Assembly: GCA_013265495.1 (NCBI GenBank)
Contig: MU061579.1
Coordinates: 6,548,124 to 6,612,123, forward strand
Direction of reading: 5' to 3'
Length of the DNA: 64,000 nucleotides
Source of the DNA: Vicugna vicugna
Taxonomy: Eukaryota
The position numbers and the translations under genes were made by a program. The notes beneath the pieces were generated by a model that saw only the letters and a list, made by a program, of their open reading frames with translations, did not search any database and had not been told where the DNA came from. Positions 27,131 through 40,518 of this stretch are shown one piece after another (within the stretch, counting starts at the first letter, position 1; each line of letters starts with the position of its first letter).

Positions 27131-27994
27131 ATATTCAGGATGAAGGTAATAGCAACTGCAAATGCACATGGATTATGGGAACAATGAACTAACAGTAAAA
27201 TGATGTGTATTTCACATTCATTTTCTTTCAGATAAACACAGCATACTGTGAATACAATGATAGAGAATCCCTAAGGTCTTGTTGTGAGCATTTGTGGAGT
27301 GTTAATTACATAGGTTGAAAGCTGCTTCAAGAAATCAGATTTCTATTCTTTTTAATTTCTAAATTGAGAGATACAGTATCAAAGTCAGCCAAAAGGGATA
27401 TATATTATGGGAACTGAGAGAGAATGTATAATCCATTAGTGCTTGGATTAAAATATTTATACATTCAAAGATAAATCCCTTTTACTCACCTCTAAGTTGA
27501 TATATGAATGTGTTACTAGGAAACCTTCAATATTAACACTGCTTTATATAGCCTCAGGCACCCTGAGAAGAATATCAAAATACCTGTTCATTGTTTAAAA
27601 AGGTTGACAAGATTTGAGTCTGAAAATATTTCCTCTTTATGTGCTATAAAAATTTCCTTTCTTGAATTCTGTTGAAGCTGAAGTTAATTTTGATTATGGG
27701 TAGGAAAGGCCACCCATTCTTAGCAACTAGACTAACAGGAATATGTAGATGAATTGGGTGTGCTGGCAAAATTAGATAGAAAAATGCAAATGCCCTGACA
27801 ATTAGATATTTAAGTCAAAGGAATATATGCAGATCACTTAGTTTTCACACTGGAAACTTTTATTAAAATTCTGCTTTTGAATTTAGGAAAATGTTAATTA
27901 TTTCTTTCATGCTTAGATGTAAATGAGCTTTCCTGCAATTAAATTCATAATAATTGTTTAAAATTATACTAAGCAACAGCACAATAGACAACAT

Positions 27995-28130
27995 TTAGCA
28001 TTGAGAATGAGACAGTCTGTGTTCATAAACAACTTCATTCTCATGTGACCTTTGACAAATCTCTTTATCTTTCTGGAACTCAGGTTCTCTTCTGAAAAAA
28101 AAAGATGTATGATACCTACTCTACTATTAT
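27995..28130 (+). mobile_element. MIR fragment
   Basis: atgtgacctttgacaaatctctttatctttctggaactcagg. Confidence 0.65.
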
Positions 28131-29334
28131 CACATTAAGAAGAATTCTCAGAAGAATTGATGGAGGTGGTATGAGATTTTAAAATGATTTTTAAATTTCA
28201 GAGTAGTGAACACATTTCACTGTGGTCATTAATTATTGAGTTCCATGTGAAACTTACTTGAATTCTAGGTATATCTCATTTTGATTTTTCTGTGAAACTA
28301 TCAGAGGTGAAATCTATGGTCTATCTAAATGAGATTAACTTCAATCCTAATCCAAACCTAAAGAGAATTGCAAGTCCTGTCTAAGAATCCTGTGGATAAG
28401 CAGAGAGTTTATCTTCTCAAGGTTGTCTCTGCTTACTCCTACTTCTTGCCTGTGCTTTCTCTGTTCATCACTAAGTATTTTTGATGTAAAATTAATCCTC
28501 CTTCATTGTTTTCCAAAAACAAAATGATAAAAAAAAAAGAAACATGCACAAAAAAATTTAGTTGATTTTACAGACAGGAGAGATTTTACAGACAATTTTG
28601 GAGTCCCACAGTTTAAATAGTATGTTAGGCATTTCAATTCTTAATTGTCACTTTAGCCCTACTGCCACTGTCTTCCGTTACCTATATCCAAGCATCTAAT
28701 CGCCTTGCTGCTTTTTCTCCTTCTCTTCTATTTTTTTCTCCCAGGAGCCACTAACAATATCAAGAAACAAATAAAAAATTTCTATCTTTTTCTCATATAG
28801 AGAAGCATAATTTTATTTTTATTGCTTTGGCTCTAGTTGATTCACAAGCCTTTAGGGTCTCACATTGTATCCTGGTACATTATCCTGATGTTTATCAAAC
28901 AGCACCTGACTTTTTCCAAACACACATAAAATAAAACAAAGCAAAACAAAAAAAAACAAAATGTTGCCACAATTAAAAGGCTACTTTGCCTTCCTATCCA
29001 AGGAAGAGTTGTGATCATTAAAATAATTTTTGGAAACTGTTGATAAACTTCTTGTCTTTCTCTAAAGAGGATAATGGACTACGGTATCACTTTAGATCCT
29101 TTTAGATCAGGAGTTCATAGCTCTCTCAGTGTCCAATGTGAGGTAGCTTTTTTGGAGTCGATTCTGAATATGTGTAGGTGGTTCATTTCCATAACACTGT
29201 CACATAAGTCTAGGTTTTGTACAGCCCTTTCTTGGTGTAGCTGGAGATCCTATTCAAGATAGTAAATTTCTAGTAGAAGCAATTGTGAAATAATTAATTA
29301 AGTAATAGATAAGACCTATAAGGTTTTATTTCCT

Positions 29335-29422
29335 CTTCTATTCTCAGAGCCAAGCTCAGTGCCCAGTACAGAGTGAAAAATTCAATAAAGCATGTCAAAT
29401 GAAGACAGAATGAACAAACAAA
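29335..29422 (+). mobile_element. L2 3' terminus
   Basis: agagccaagctcagtgcccagtacagag...ttcaataaagcatgtcaaatgaa. Confidence 0.6.
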
Positions 29423-32400
29423 GCAGAAACATAGAGTTTTATCACTAGCCGTAATGTCAGTGCCCCCATTTAGGAATCTGACTTCTGTCCCTCTACTAAT
29501 ATTACTTGACATTCATTTTGCAAGTATTTCTTATTGTAATTTTGTATCTTCCTAATTGCCCCAATCCAATCTCTTTCTGCCATTCTCTTTTTTTTTTCTT
29601 TCTCCTCTTTTTGCCTTCTTGATTGTGAAGGAAATATTAGAAATGCTGATTCAATCTCCTAGAGGAATAAAACCAGATGAATTTAGCTGAGAGCCTCTGT
29701 GAAACACATGACTCATTGTTTTGCCCCATAACCACAGTCATTAATGAGGGCATATGTTGATACGAAAATGTGCAGGAGGGACAGGAAGCATTGCTGTGCA
29801 TGCAAAAGGGTATGAGCTGACCTGAAAACCCACCTCACTCTGACTATTCTCTGAAATAGCTCTTTACTACAGATTCAGCAAGATGTGCCAATTCTAACAG
29901 TCTTTCATTAAAATTTTCAGCTAACATAGTCAGAATGTTTATTTTGATAGATTCATAGTGAAAACAACAGAGGCAGGGGAACTAAGAATCAATATTTTCA
30001 GGTCAAAGGAAAAAGAGTCCATGGAACAAGAACATCTAATAGCTCATCACTCTGATATTCAACAGCATAAACACATACAATGTAATTACCAGAAAAAAAA
30101 AAAGGATTGTTTTGCAAAGAAACCATAAATCTGGAGGAGAAATTATGCATGTTGGTTTTTATGGTAATGATCTTCACAGTTTGTTTGTGTGATGTTTTTC
30201 TCTGGTCCAACAATTCTGCTGATGAGCAGAGATCACTCTCTTCAGAAGAACATTGTCAAGATGATCAAGGCTGTATCAGGATCTTTTCTGTAATTATTGA
30301 TCTTGAATTAGAGAGTCTCTATGGAATTTGTGTGTGGTGGTAAAGGGAAAAAGGAAGAAGTTGTCTCTTGGTAATGGTGGGTGATTGGTGGAGAAAAAAA
30401 CGATGGGGAGTGGTTGTTATGTTAGACAACTGAGAGGTAGATTGCAAGAGTATAGCAAAAGCATCCTATGACTTTTTATGAGCTAGACCATCCCTAGTTA
30501 CCTGGATTGCCCCTCAGCAGTCACCTATTCCCTGGTGTCCAGGGCCACTAAAAGAATTGTGCCAAAAGGAGAAGGTACTTGAGAAAATTAGAACCCTAAT
30601 GTAAATATATTTCTTTCACAATCACTTGCACAAATATAAACCAGAACCACAAATAGCAAATTGAAGAAGAATGAAAAATTATGTCTAGATAATTAAGCTT
30701 TTTGCAGCTGCTATTTGAATTTGTAGCAAATTACATCTACTGACACCTCAACTCCCTATGGATGAGACTTAATCTATACAAATATGTGTTACTTTTCTAA
30801 CACTTTTTTTTCTAAGTAAAGTTGATAAGACTGATGTTATAAATTTCATTTAGATTCTGGTAGGAGTAACTCTGGAGTTTTCTTTAAGAGAGTTTCTTAA
30901 ATGAGTCAAGATGAAGATTTACAGAACTAGATAGTAAAACTCCGAATTATAATAATTCACATTTCTAGCTAATTGCTTTGAAAATGGAATAAAATTATTA
31001 TATGGCTAACGAGTTATGCTCCTTTATAATAACTTGTGAAGAACATGAAAGACAAAAATCGGGATTTGAAACCAAGTTTACATGTCCATACCTGGACATA
31101 TTGCATAGTCTTCTATGCTTCCATCCTCTCACCTATAAATTTGAGATTAATAATAGCACCTGTTTCCTGTGTCTTTGAGAAGAAAACTCTAATAAATAGC
31201 GTCTCTCTTCCCTACCTAAATTCTACACCAACTGAGAAATGAGATGAAAGATTCAGCAGAGAACCCAAGTATTGTAAAGTCTCAGAAGAATTAGTTAAGG
31301 GCAAGCACCTAAATGGAATTGTTCCTGCCTGTTCGCTCAGGCTAGATCTTGGAACAGGGTATCAGAGAGAAACTTAAAACTGCAGAACAGTCACATTTAC
31401 AGAAATTGTTTCCTCCTACTGATGAATAAAGAGTTGAAATATCAGAAATCAAATCCCCCTTAAGGAATGTTGAGAGACCAGCTCCACACATGTGACTACA
31501 TGAATTAGTGGCTGTAGCTTAATAAACTTGACTTTCATGGGGAAGAATAAGGGAGTCAAGAGTTAGAATATTTAGGAAAAAATCACTCCTCATGGAAGTT
31601 CCTCACTAGCACTCCCTACTTTTTATTTTCTTAGCACATTGGGATCAACCTTTCAGATTATGCTTGTGCAGGAGCATGCCTAGTCCCTTGGGGAGATTCC
31701 TACTTTCTTGAGGTCACTATCCTATAGGTAGTCTCCTAGGACTGCTGGTGGGCAGTGGTGATATTGACCCCCTCTCACTATGGGGAAATACCAGAATGGA
31801 ATGGATCAGAAGAGAGCATTACTCAAATCTGCTCACATCCCAAATCATGTCAAAACTATACTTTCTATATGCAAGGAGATTAAATGAATACATTAATGAG
31901 TAATAAATTAGATGAAGGCTTGCACTGATGAATAATAAACTGCAGGAAGATTCTCCAACTATAATATTCCAATCAGCATGGAGAACCCCAAATTTAAATA
32001 CAAATCCCATGCTATGATCCAATGCTCAAGCTGAAGTTAAGTCCAAAAATTAAATGCCTAGATTTGGACTGAATTTCCTAGATTTCTTCAAAAAAAAACA
32101 CGTTTCAAGTCTCCCATCTCATGGTTAGAACGTGTGTTGTACTTTTTGGTTTAGAGATGATTGCTATGCACCGAGGCCCAATAGGTATTTACAGCTCCAT
32201 GTCTCCAGTTAAAACTCATTCTCTGTGAGCTGTCTTGAGACCTGTGGCTTGCAGGGTCTCTTAGGCTTTGAATAATTTGGGTAAGAGCAATTTGGGAATT
32301 TTCTTTACAATCCTCCTTTCCCAGCCAGTTAAAGTATCTGAGGACTGACAGAAGGAGTCAAAACAAGGATCAGAAATGCAGTGTCCAGGTTAGTCCTGGT

Positions 32401-32779
32401 GAAATGGGACTCCAGGGCAGAGTAGGACTGCCTCTGTTCTTCCTTAGACTATGGTCCTCACGTGGCCCTGTCCCACCCAGTCAGCTAATATTTATGAATA
32501 AAATAACACTGTGTTAGGAATCACATCCTGGTCTAAACTACAGGTGTTAAGTCTATGATTTTAGGGTTGTTTCTAACATATTGAGAATGATGCACCACAG
32601 GTATTTTAGAAAGCTTTTTTTTTAGGCAAGGTTACCTGCTGTTTAGAATTTGGGCTCAGATGATTTCTATCTTTAAATTTTTAATTTGTTTTCAACTGTT
32701 TTTGTCTGTTCCATAAATTATCTTAAAATATTGGAAATATTAAATACTAAAATAGGGTATTTGTATAAATGCTAAACAT

Positions 32780-33110
32780 TTCATATGATCTTATGCAAGC
32801 ATTAAAAATGTGGTAAAAAATAATTCCTATAAAACTTCTGTAAATGCCTAAAATTATATAGCATATTTCTGACTTTAATGATGTTCATAATATATAGATA
32901 GCTAAGTGAAGAAAGCATGCAACTTTATAATGTACAGCTTTACTTCTCTAAAAAAATCACATGTAGGTGCATGCATCCTGTTCATGTATGAGACCTGACA
33001 AATGTCATAAATAAATAGAAAAATATCTAGAAGCATACACCACAAACTATTAATAATGTGATTGGTTGGGTAGATAGGAATATGTATGTATACATTTTTT
33101 CCTGATTTTT
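32780..33110 (+). mobile_element. Old L1 (L1ME-like) 3'UTR fragment
   Basis: gctaagtgaagaaagcatg; agaaaaatatctagaagcatacaccacaaactattaataatg. Confidence 0.55.
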
Positions 33111-34308
33111 TCCTGTAATTATAAGAAAAATAATAAAAAAAGAAAATTAGAAAATAAATAAGATTAAAACTATTTGCAGTTTTAAATATATTCTTAATTG
33201 CTTAATTTCAAATTTATTGTTAGACAATTATAACTATGCCATTTGTTTTAGAAATCATTTTATGATTTTTAAAATTACTTAGTACTACAGAAAAGGCCTA
33301 ACATGACAGAGTATCTGTTATTATGAGATGAGAAGTATACACACATATATATAATATACATAAATAAAATATATACATGCATATCTCTTAAATGTATGCA
33401 TGTATATACTTTTAAAGAAATTAATTATAAATTTTATACAGCAAAAACTGGGGAAAAACTCCCTAGAAAAACTTGCTTAAAGGCATATGAAGTCTGCCGT
33501 ATTATATCTCAGCTTCATGATATCCCATATAATAAATACGCAAATGATCTATCCCTAAGGATCTTTACTGACCATCTGATTGTTTCAAAGAATTTTTACA
33601 GTCATCTGTTATCTACTACACTTTTCGGAATGTGAGGGAAAAAGTCGAGTTTGGGACTTTGCATAAGATTCTTAAGCCTGTGGAACATTCTGAACCATAT
33701 TTATACCAAATCCCCCTTGTCTGATTGAGTTGTCATTCTCTGAGCTGACTCCTGTGCCCTCTATGTGTGTGTGTGTTTTGATGAGTAGAAAGAGATTTTT
33801 TAGAGCAATCCACTCAGCTTCCTTCCCCTCATTCTGCCTCATGACTCTCACATGTTTGTGAAATGACCAACCTCATATGGAGAAATTCTGAAACTAAAGT
33901 TAGCTGGGTTTAGCCAAGGACAGAGCAGGCGACTGTGGAGGCAGAAGCAAGCTGAAGTGCCCAGTCCAGCGAGACCTTTCACCTACAGTGTCCCCAAGGA
34001 CTGCCACCCAACCTGGCTGTTTTGCCGATCAGACCATTCAGACTTCATATCTTCACTTTTTTCTTTTCTTTTTAGGATTAGTCTATATCATCTGGCCTGG
34101 AATTTTGTTTTTTCAGTGTTGAGAATTTTCTAGTCTATTAATTCTCTTGCAGTGTTTAGATGCCTGGCTCAGAGTATCTTTCTCTGTATGAAATGAAGTT
34201 ATTGGTTCTGTCAGGCTGAAGATACAAGATCTTGGAGTCTTAAAATCTTGCAAAAAAAAAAAAAACACACAGTAAAGTCAGTCAAAATTCAGTCTTGGAA
34301 TTTGTATG

Positions 34309-35110
34309 CATTCCTTCTTTCATTCACTCATTTAGTAAAAACACAGGACTGACTCTGCCATGTCTTGTCTAGGTGTTGTGGATAAAACAACAAACAATAC
34401 AGACAAGCTCTCAGCCCTCACGAAGGTTACAACTGAGTGGGATACACTGAAAATTTGTAAGCAAGTGACTGTATAATGGGGTTTCATGGAATGATAAATT
34501 TCAAAAAGGAAAAGAATGCAGGAAAAGTAGATAGACTGATGGATGATCAAGGAAGGCCCCTCTGAAGAGGACATGAATAAGAAGGAAGAGAGAGTCAAGC
34601 AAAGGACTTTCAGAGGAAATTTCCTGGTAGAGGGAAGTAGCAAGTCCAAAGGCCCTGAAGCAGAAAGGTACTTAGCCTATATGGGTATCTGAAAAGCAAG
34701 ATGGCCAGGTTGGATGGCGGGGAGTAAGCAAGGGCTGACAAGTAGGAAATGAAGACAGAGATAACTGCAGAGGACAGATCTATGGGGCCTGGGAAAGATT
34801 TTGGATTTTTAACTAAGTGTGATAGGATGATATTGAGGGAGTTTTGAGCCTGGGCATGAATTAATCTGACCTATGTATTTAAAATGGAACTCTGGTTGAG
34901 GAGTGGAAACTATATTGTGATTCACAACATGTAGGCAGGAAACCACAGGAGGCTAGACAAGAGATGATAATGGCTTGGACCAGGATGCCAGCATGGAGGG
35001 GCTGTATAGATGTGATCTGACAGGAGAAGGGTGAAATTCAGTTTGACTGTGGGAGCTTTGGCCTTTGGAAAAGGGTGAATGGTTGTGTCATTTGCAAAGA
35101 CGGGAACAAC
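34309..35110 (-). mobile_element. L2 (3' end at left)
   Basis: cattccttctttcattcactcattt; atcaaggaaggcccctctgaagaggac; agcaagtccaaaggccctgaagcag; gacaagagatgataatggcttggaccagg. Confidence 0.85.
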
Positions 35111-35747
35111 AGAGTAGCTGGCTTACAGGACTGTTAATGAGGTGATAAATAGAAAAGCTATTCAGATTCTGTGGGACTATTCAGTCATAATAAGATTGGT
35201 ATATATTTAGGATAAGGCAACTGAAATTCAACATTGATCTATTTTTTAATCTTCCATAAACCCATTATCTACACTACTGACAAGTGAAAAGCGCTGGCAT
35301 ATGACTCATTTATTTGTGAATTCGTTTCCCCCGTACACACAGATGGTGTTTGCAGAGACTGGAATAGGGGACGGCCTGTTGGGGAGCAAGGATCCTCAGA
35401 GTCACATGTAACCGTCTCACCTATGGGGGAGAATGTGCACATGCTAGTGTTTATACCCTTGCAAGTCAAAGCCAAATCACAAGGCTTTTACTGTCCTTTC
35501 CTCTGGTCTAACATTTAATATGTTTCTGTTGCCTTTTTCTTTTCTTCTCCTCTATATAGATTTGTGTAACTATTGTCATAGCAACAAGATAGTCTTTGCT
35601 TAGGAGAAATAGTTTGGACTAAACTAAATTATAAATCAACACCATCAGTAATATGGCTCTTTTTGCATTGTTTTTATGAGTCCAAATAATATTGAAGAGT
35701 CATCCTTTTATTAAGGTTTAGAGACATAGGACCTATTTTGTCTAATG

Positions 35748-35960
35748 CAGAAGTCAGTAAACTTTCATGTAAAGGGCCAGATGGTAAACATTTTAGGCAC
35801 CGAGGGCCACACAGTCTCTATCACAACTGCTCAATTATGCCTTGCAGCACGATACAGCCAAAGACTACGTGAACCAGTGGCTGTGTTCCAATAAATCTTT
35901 ATTTACAAAAACAAGCAGTGGACTGGATTTGGCAGATGGACCACAGATTGCCAACCCCTA
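35748..35960. mobile_element. MER58A hAT-Charlie MITE
   Basis: gtaaagggccagatggtaaacattttaggc; ggctgtgttccaataaatctttatttacaaaaacaagcag; 8-bp TSD gtctaatg (35740-35747) / atctaatg (35961-35968). Confidence 0.92.
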
Positions 35961-35992
35961 ATCTAATGGGTTCCTCCCTCTCACTTTCTAAG

Positions 35993-36135
35993 AGAGTGTT
36001 CAAATTATGTTCATTGTGTCATCCACAGCAGAATTCCTAGGTCCTACCTCAGACCTACTGAACTAGAATTTCTGTGGTTATCAATCTGCAATAAGCTCCC
36101 CAAGTAGTACCCACTCAAGTGTGAGCTCAAAGGCT
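35993..36135. mobile_element. MER5-family fragment
   Basis: gcagaattcctaggtcctacctcagacctactgaactagaatttctg; aataagctccccaagt. Confidence 0.7.
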
Positions 36136-36264
36136 GGGGTGTAACAAACTTCTATGAAAGCTTCTCTAAATAGGCTGGAGTGCAAATTACCACAAAGCTC
36201 TCTGATTCTGAAATTAATATCCATCCACCCTAAGTGAAGTAACATAAGAGCAGCCTCGATAGTA

Positions 36265-36530
36265 TTTAAAAAAAAGAAGACAAAATTTGCCAACATTTTA
36301 CAGTCAGGAAGATTTCACTTGAAAATATGGACTTCCAGCTCTTATGATAAATCGTAGCATCTGGCAACACTGAGCCCACATTCTTGCATAGCAAAAATCT
36401 GCTGGAGTTGAGTCATGAGCACCCAATTCAGAGAAAGCACATGTGCTCGGACTTAGACCACACTCCCCACCAGTCCCTATTATCTCTTTTATTGTCTTGC
36501 TTTACGTATTTCAGTTATTGGTCTGCCTTC
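36265..36530. mobile_element. MER102-like hAT MITE
   Basis: catctggcaacactgagcccacattc...ctgctggagttgagt...ccacactccccaccagtccc. Confidence 0.75.
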
Positions 36531-37379
36531 TGTGATCATTTCATTTTACAATGACTGATTTACTAAATGCACTCTCAGTATTTATTAATGATGGATTATC
36601 ATTGGCTAATTTATCCACATTTTATACCAGAACATTAGGACATATGCTGTAAGCTACACATGTGCAAAATTTTAAGCTGCTCATTCTAATAGAACACATC
36701 TAGAATGCAAAAGATAAAACCATTCTTGTATTTCCTGTTGTGGTACCTATAACTTTGCTGTCTCTGTGAGAAATGACAGAAAGGACTCTAAATAATAAGT
36801 GGCTGGTCAAATGGGTGTATTTTTATCAACTGCTGAAATGTGTCACTGAGGTAGAAAGGATCAATCTGCAATTTCTGTTTAATAAAGTCTGCTCCAGCAC
36901 CCCATATTTTAAGGGAGAATGTGTTCCTTGGCTGGCTGCTCTCTTGTGTTTCTGATGGGATACTTTCAGATGAAGCCTGGAAGTGGGGATGAAGACAGAG
37001 TATGACAAGAAATGTAAGCATTTCTGACTTGCCAGAGCAAACGTTGATTCTCACCTTTTGTACTTGCTGACAGGAAGTTAAAGTCTAACTCTTACTGGTT
37101 GACATTCGCTTTTATTCTCTGCTCTCTCACTTTCTCCACTAGCTACTCAGAGCCCCTGGTTGGGAGGGGATAGGAAGGTATGGAAGAAAGGGGAGAGATC
37201 ATGCCAAGATAGAGTACATTTCTAAGAAAGACGTTTGTACCAGATTTATTGTTAAAAAGGAAAAAAAAATCACTTGGAAAGGATTTATTGTTCTCTTTTT
37301 GTTGTGAGGGAAGGCACTTATTTTCATTCACAATTGTCCTAATTTTTAAAGCACTACTAATAGCAGGAGAACATAACAA

Positions 37380-37770
37380 ATGGTTATGATGTCACACACT
37401 AGATTTGGTGTCAGATACACGTAAGTGTGAAAGCCAGCTACTTAACTTCCAAGTTTTCTTTTAAGTAGTTACTTCATTTTTCTAAGCATCAATTTCTTCA
37501 TCTGCAAATGGAAAGAGGAATACTTTCTGTCCCATCAAAGTGTTATGAGGATTAAATCCACATGAAGGGCTTAATAATGGGTTAGGCATTTAGTAAACAA
37601 AAATGATATTTCTCCCTAATTATTATTTTTATCTGTAAAATGTACATAATAATGATATCTATCTCATCAGGTTATTATAAGGATGTAATCGGGCCACACC
37701 CATAGGAACATTTATTCCAGTGCCTTACCCATGGTAAGTCCCTGATATATGTCACTTGTTATTAAAAAAT
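37380..37770 (+). mobile_element. Two adjacent MIR fragments
   Basis: tctaagcatcaatttcttcatctgcaaatgg; gttatgaggattaaa; atctgtaaaatgtacataataatgatatctatctcatcaggttattataagg. Confidence 0.7.
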
Positions 37771-37934
37771 TATTACTATAAGAAGTATTGCTCATAATAA
37801 TAGTCACAATCATTTGCAAAAAAGAAATTCACTGTGGAAGAGATTGCTAATAATTATCTAATTCTTCAAACTATAATCTAAATTATGCCATATAAGAACC
37901 ATCCTGAACATGATATTGCCTTGATTTTTTTTGG

Positions 37935-38150
37935 CAGGACATAGCATAATATATTGGAAGGAAAATATGCTTTGGAGTCAGGGAGATCTGAGTCTGATTC
38001 CCACCCCTCTAGTTACTAGTTGGGTGATGTTAGTTTTGTTATCTCTGAGCTTCAGTTTCTCATCTTTGAGCCAAAGAAACCACTTGATTTAGAATAAAAA
38101 CAACTTTTAAAAACTTTGTCAAGATTCAGTGAGATGGGTATGTGCGTGAT
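37935..38150 (+). mobile_element. MIR SINE
   Basis: gctttggagtcagggagatctgagt; ttactagttgggtgatgtt; tctctgagcttcagtttctcatct. Confidence 0.8.
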
Positions 38151-38296
38151 ACAGAAGGCTTAGGTTACCAGCTTTACTGCTTTAGTTTTTGGATGCTTTC
38201 CAGTACCGGTTTGCTTTGCACATGCTCTCGCTAACATTTCACACATTTTTAAGTTGTTAGAAGAGACTCTGAATAGCATACTTCTATCATCTAACA

Positions 38297-38542
38297 CAGT
38301 GGTTCTTCCTAGAAGCAATCCTCCTCACAGGAGACACTGGCAATGTCTAGAGACATTTTTTTATTGACTTGACTGGGTGGCGGGGGTGGGGGTGGCAAGA
38401 AGATAGTATTCTACTGGCATTTAGTGGGTAGAGGCCAGGAATGCTCTTAAACATTCTACAAATGTATAGGGCAGCTCCCTACAGCAAAGAATGTCAAATA
38501 CTTTGGCCAACATGTCAATAGTAATGAAGTTAAGAAACTCTG
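38297..38542. mobile_element. MER20 hAT-Charlie MITE
   Basis: Termini cagtggttct ... agaaactctg; ggcaatgtctagagacattttt; ctactggcatttagtgggtagaggccagg; degenerate TSD atctaaca / atccaata. Confidence 0.92.
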
Positions 38543-38641
38543 ATCCAATACATTGATCTCTGCACTTCTTTAGACATTACTGAGCTGAGAAGCTTTTTAA
38601 GTAGATAAACAATTTCAAGACTGGTCTTAGAAACTGCCAAC

Positions 38642-39372
38642 CTCAAAAAATAAAATAGAACTACCAAGTCATCCATCAATTCCACTTCTGGAAATATATC
38701 CAAAGGAAACAAAAACTCTATGTCAAAGGGATTTCTGCACCCTTGTGTTCATTGTCATATTATTCACAATAGCCAACACATGGAAATAGTCCAAGTGCCC
38801 ATTGATGGTTGAGTAAACAAATAAAATGCGGTGTATATGTAAATGATGAAATATTATTCAGCCTTAACAAAGAAGGAAACCCTGCCACTAACAATAATAT
38901 GGATAAATGATGAGGGCATTATGCTAAATAAAATAAGTCAGAGAAAGACAAATACTATATGATCAAGTATATGTGGAATCTAAAAAAAAAAAAAGCAAAC
39001 TTACAGAAAAAGAGATCAGATTTGTGGTTATCAGAGGAGTGGGGTTGGGGAAGGGGAATTGGATGAAGGTGGTCAAAAGGTACAAACTTCCAGTACCAAG
39101 ATAAATAAATACTAGGGATGTAATGTACAACACGATGAGTATGGTCAACACTGCTATATGGTATACCTGAAAGTTGTGAAGAGTAAATCCTGAGTTCTCA
39201 TAACAAGAAAAAATTTTTTTTTCTTTTTTTTGTATGTCTGTGAGATGATGAATGTTAACTAAACTTACTATGGTAACCATTTCACAATATATGTAAGACA
39301 TACCATTATGTTGTACACCTTAAACATACAGTGCTGTATGCTAATGATATTTCAATAAAACTGGTTAAAAAA
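38642..39372 (+). mobile_element. 5'-truncated L1 (L1MA9-like)
   Basis: ORF2 tail plus 3'UTR (ggtcaaaaggtacaaacttccag; aataaaactggtt-polyA); TSD agaaactgccaac (38629-38641) / agaaactggcaac (39373-39385). Confidence 0.92.
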
Positions 39373-39719
39373 AGAAACTGGCAACTTGAATCATATGATT
39401 CCCAAGAATATTGATATTTTCCTATGCCAACATGCTTTCTATATTTATCTAGCAAAGATTTATTCCTTTGATTATTTTAACTCCTTCCTAGATAAGAAAT
39501 GTACAACATCTCACTTGTTATTGATATACCTATGTGCTTCTTGTATCTGCCTAATATTTGCCAAGACAACAGTGAAGTAACATGAGTATGATAGGCTCTG
39601 AGACTGGCGGTTTCAAGGCCAGCCATCCAGAGTGACTTGTTACAGTGCTTCAGTATCTGCCTGTTCTGAGTCTCAAATACACAAAGCAATCAGGTGATCT
39701 TTCTATAACCTCAGTTCAG

Positions 39720-40225
39720 GACCATCTCCTGATCAAAAATGGCTCCACAGTCTTAAAATAAAGCTTAAATCTTTACCCCAGCTTCAAGACCCTGTGTAAT
39801 CTGACCCTGCCCAAGCTCTGATTTGGTGTTACAACTTGTCTACACACTCACTCAGCCCTATACAGACTAGCCTTCTGGCTGTTCCTCTAATAAACCAAGC
39901 TCATTTCAGTCCCAGCACATTAGCCATTTCTACTTTTCTGGAATACTCTTTCTCTTAAATCTTTGCTCATTTAGGTCTTCGCTTTGAAGCTCACCTCATG
40001 AAAGCCCTGGCCTTCCTATCAGAAATATGACCTCAACATTACCCTTTGCATATGGCACTTCCCTTCTGTGCTTTGCTTTTCTTCAGAATAGTGCACTACC
40101 CCACAGTGTATCATATATTTGTTGGTACTTGTGTATTGTATGCCTCTGACATTCTCAAATATAAGCTCCTTTTGACTTGTCATCCCCATAGACATCCTGT
40201 TCAGAATTCCACGGGATACAATTTG
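39720..40225 (+). mobile_element. L2 fragment
   Basis: atggctccacagtcttaaaataaagc; ttcaagaccctgtgtaatctgaccctgcc; actagccttctggctgttcctc. Confidence 0.75.
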
Positions 40226-40474
40226 GCAAATGCTTAGTTAATCCGTTTTTTTATATTTCATTTTCTCCTGGTTTTGCCATTAAACAAGAGAAACAAGCTA
40301 CATCTGTGTCATTAAAATGTGCTAGAAATTCCAGCAATCATCAGAACATTTGATTTATCAAGACTAGAGACTCATTGTTTAAATCTGACCAACACAGAGT
40401 TTGAATAAAATTAAATCTGAGTGCGTTTTAGAGGAGCTTCATTCTCTAGTTCACTCTCATGACTAGCTATCACC

Positions 40475-40512
40475 TGTGCGTGTGCACACGTGCACACACG
40501 TGCACGCACACG
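40475..40512. repeat. Alternating purine-pyrimidine tract (tgcacacg-like)
   Basis: tgtgcgtgtgcacacgtgcacacacgtgcacgcacacg seen directly. Confidence 0.85.
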
Positions 40513-40518
40513 AACATA

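Noticed and set aside
28563..28594. Short direct duplications (gattttacagaca x2; similar at ~42505 and ~54265)
   Set aside because: Ordinary slippage-type micro-duplications with no further structure.
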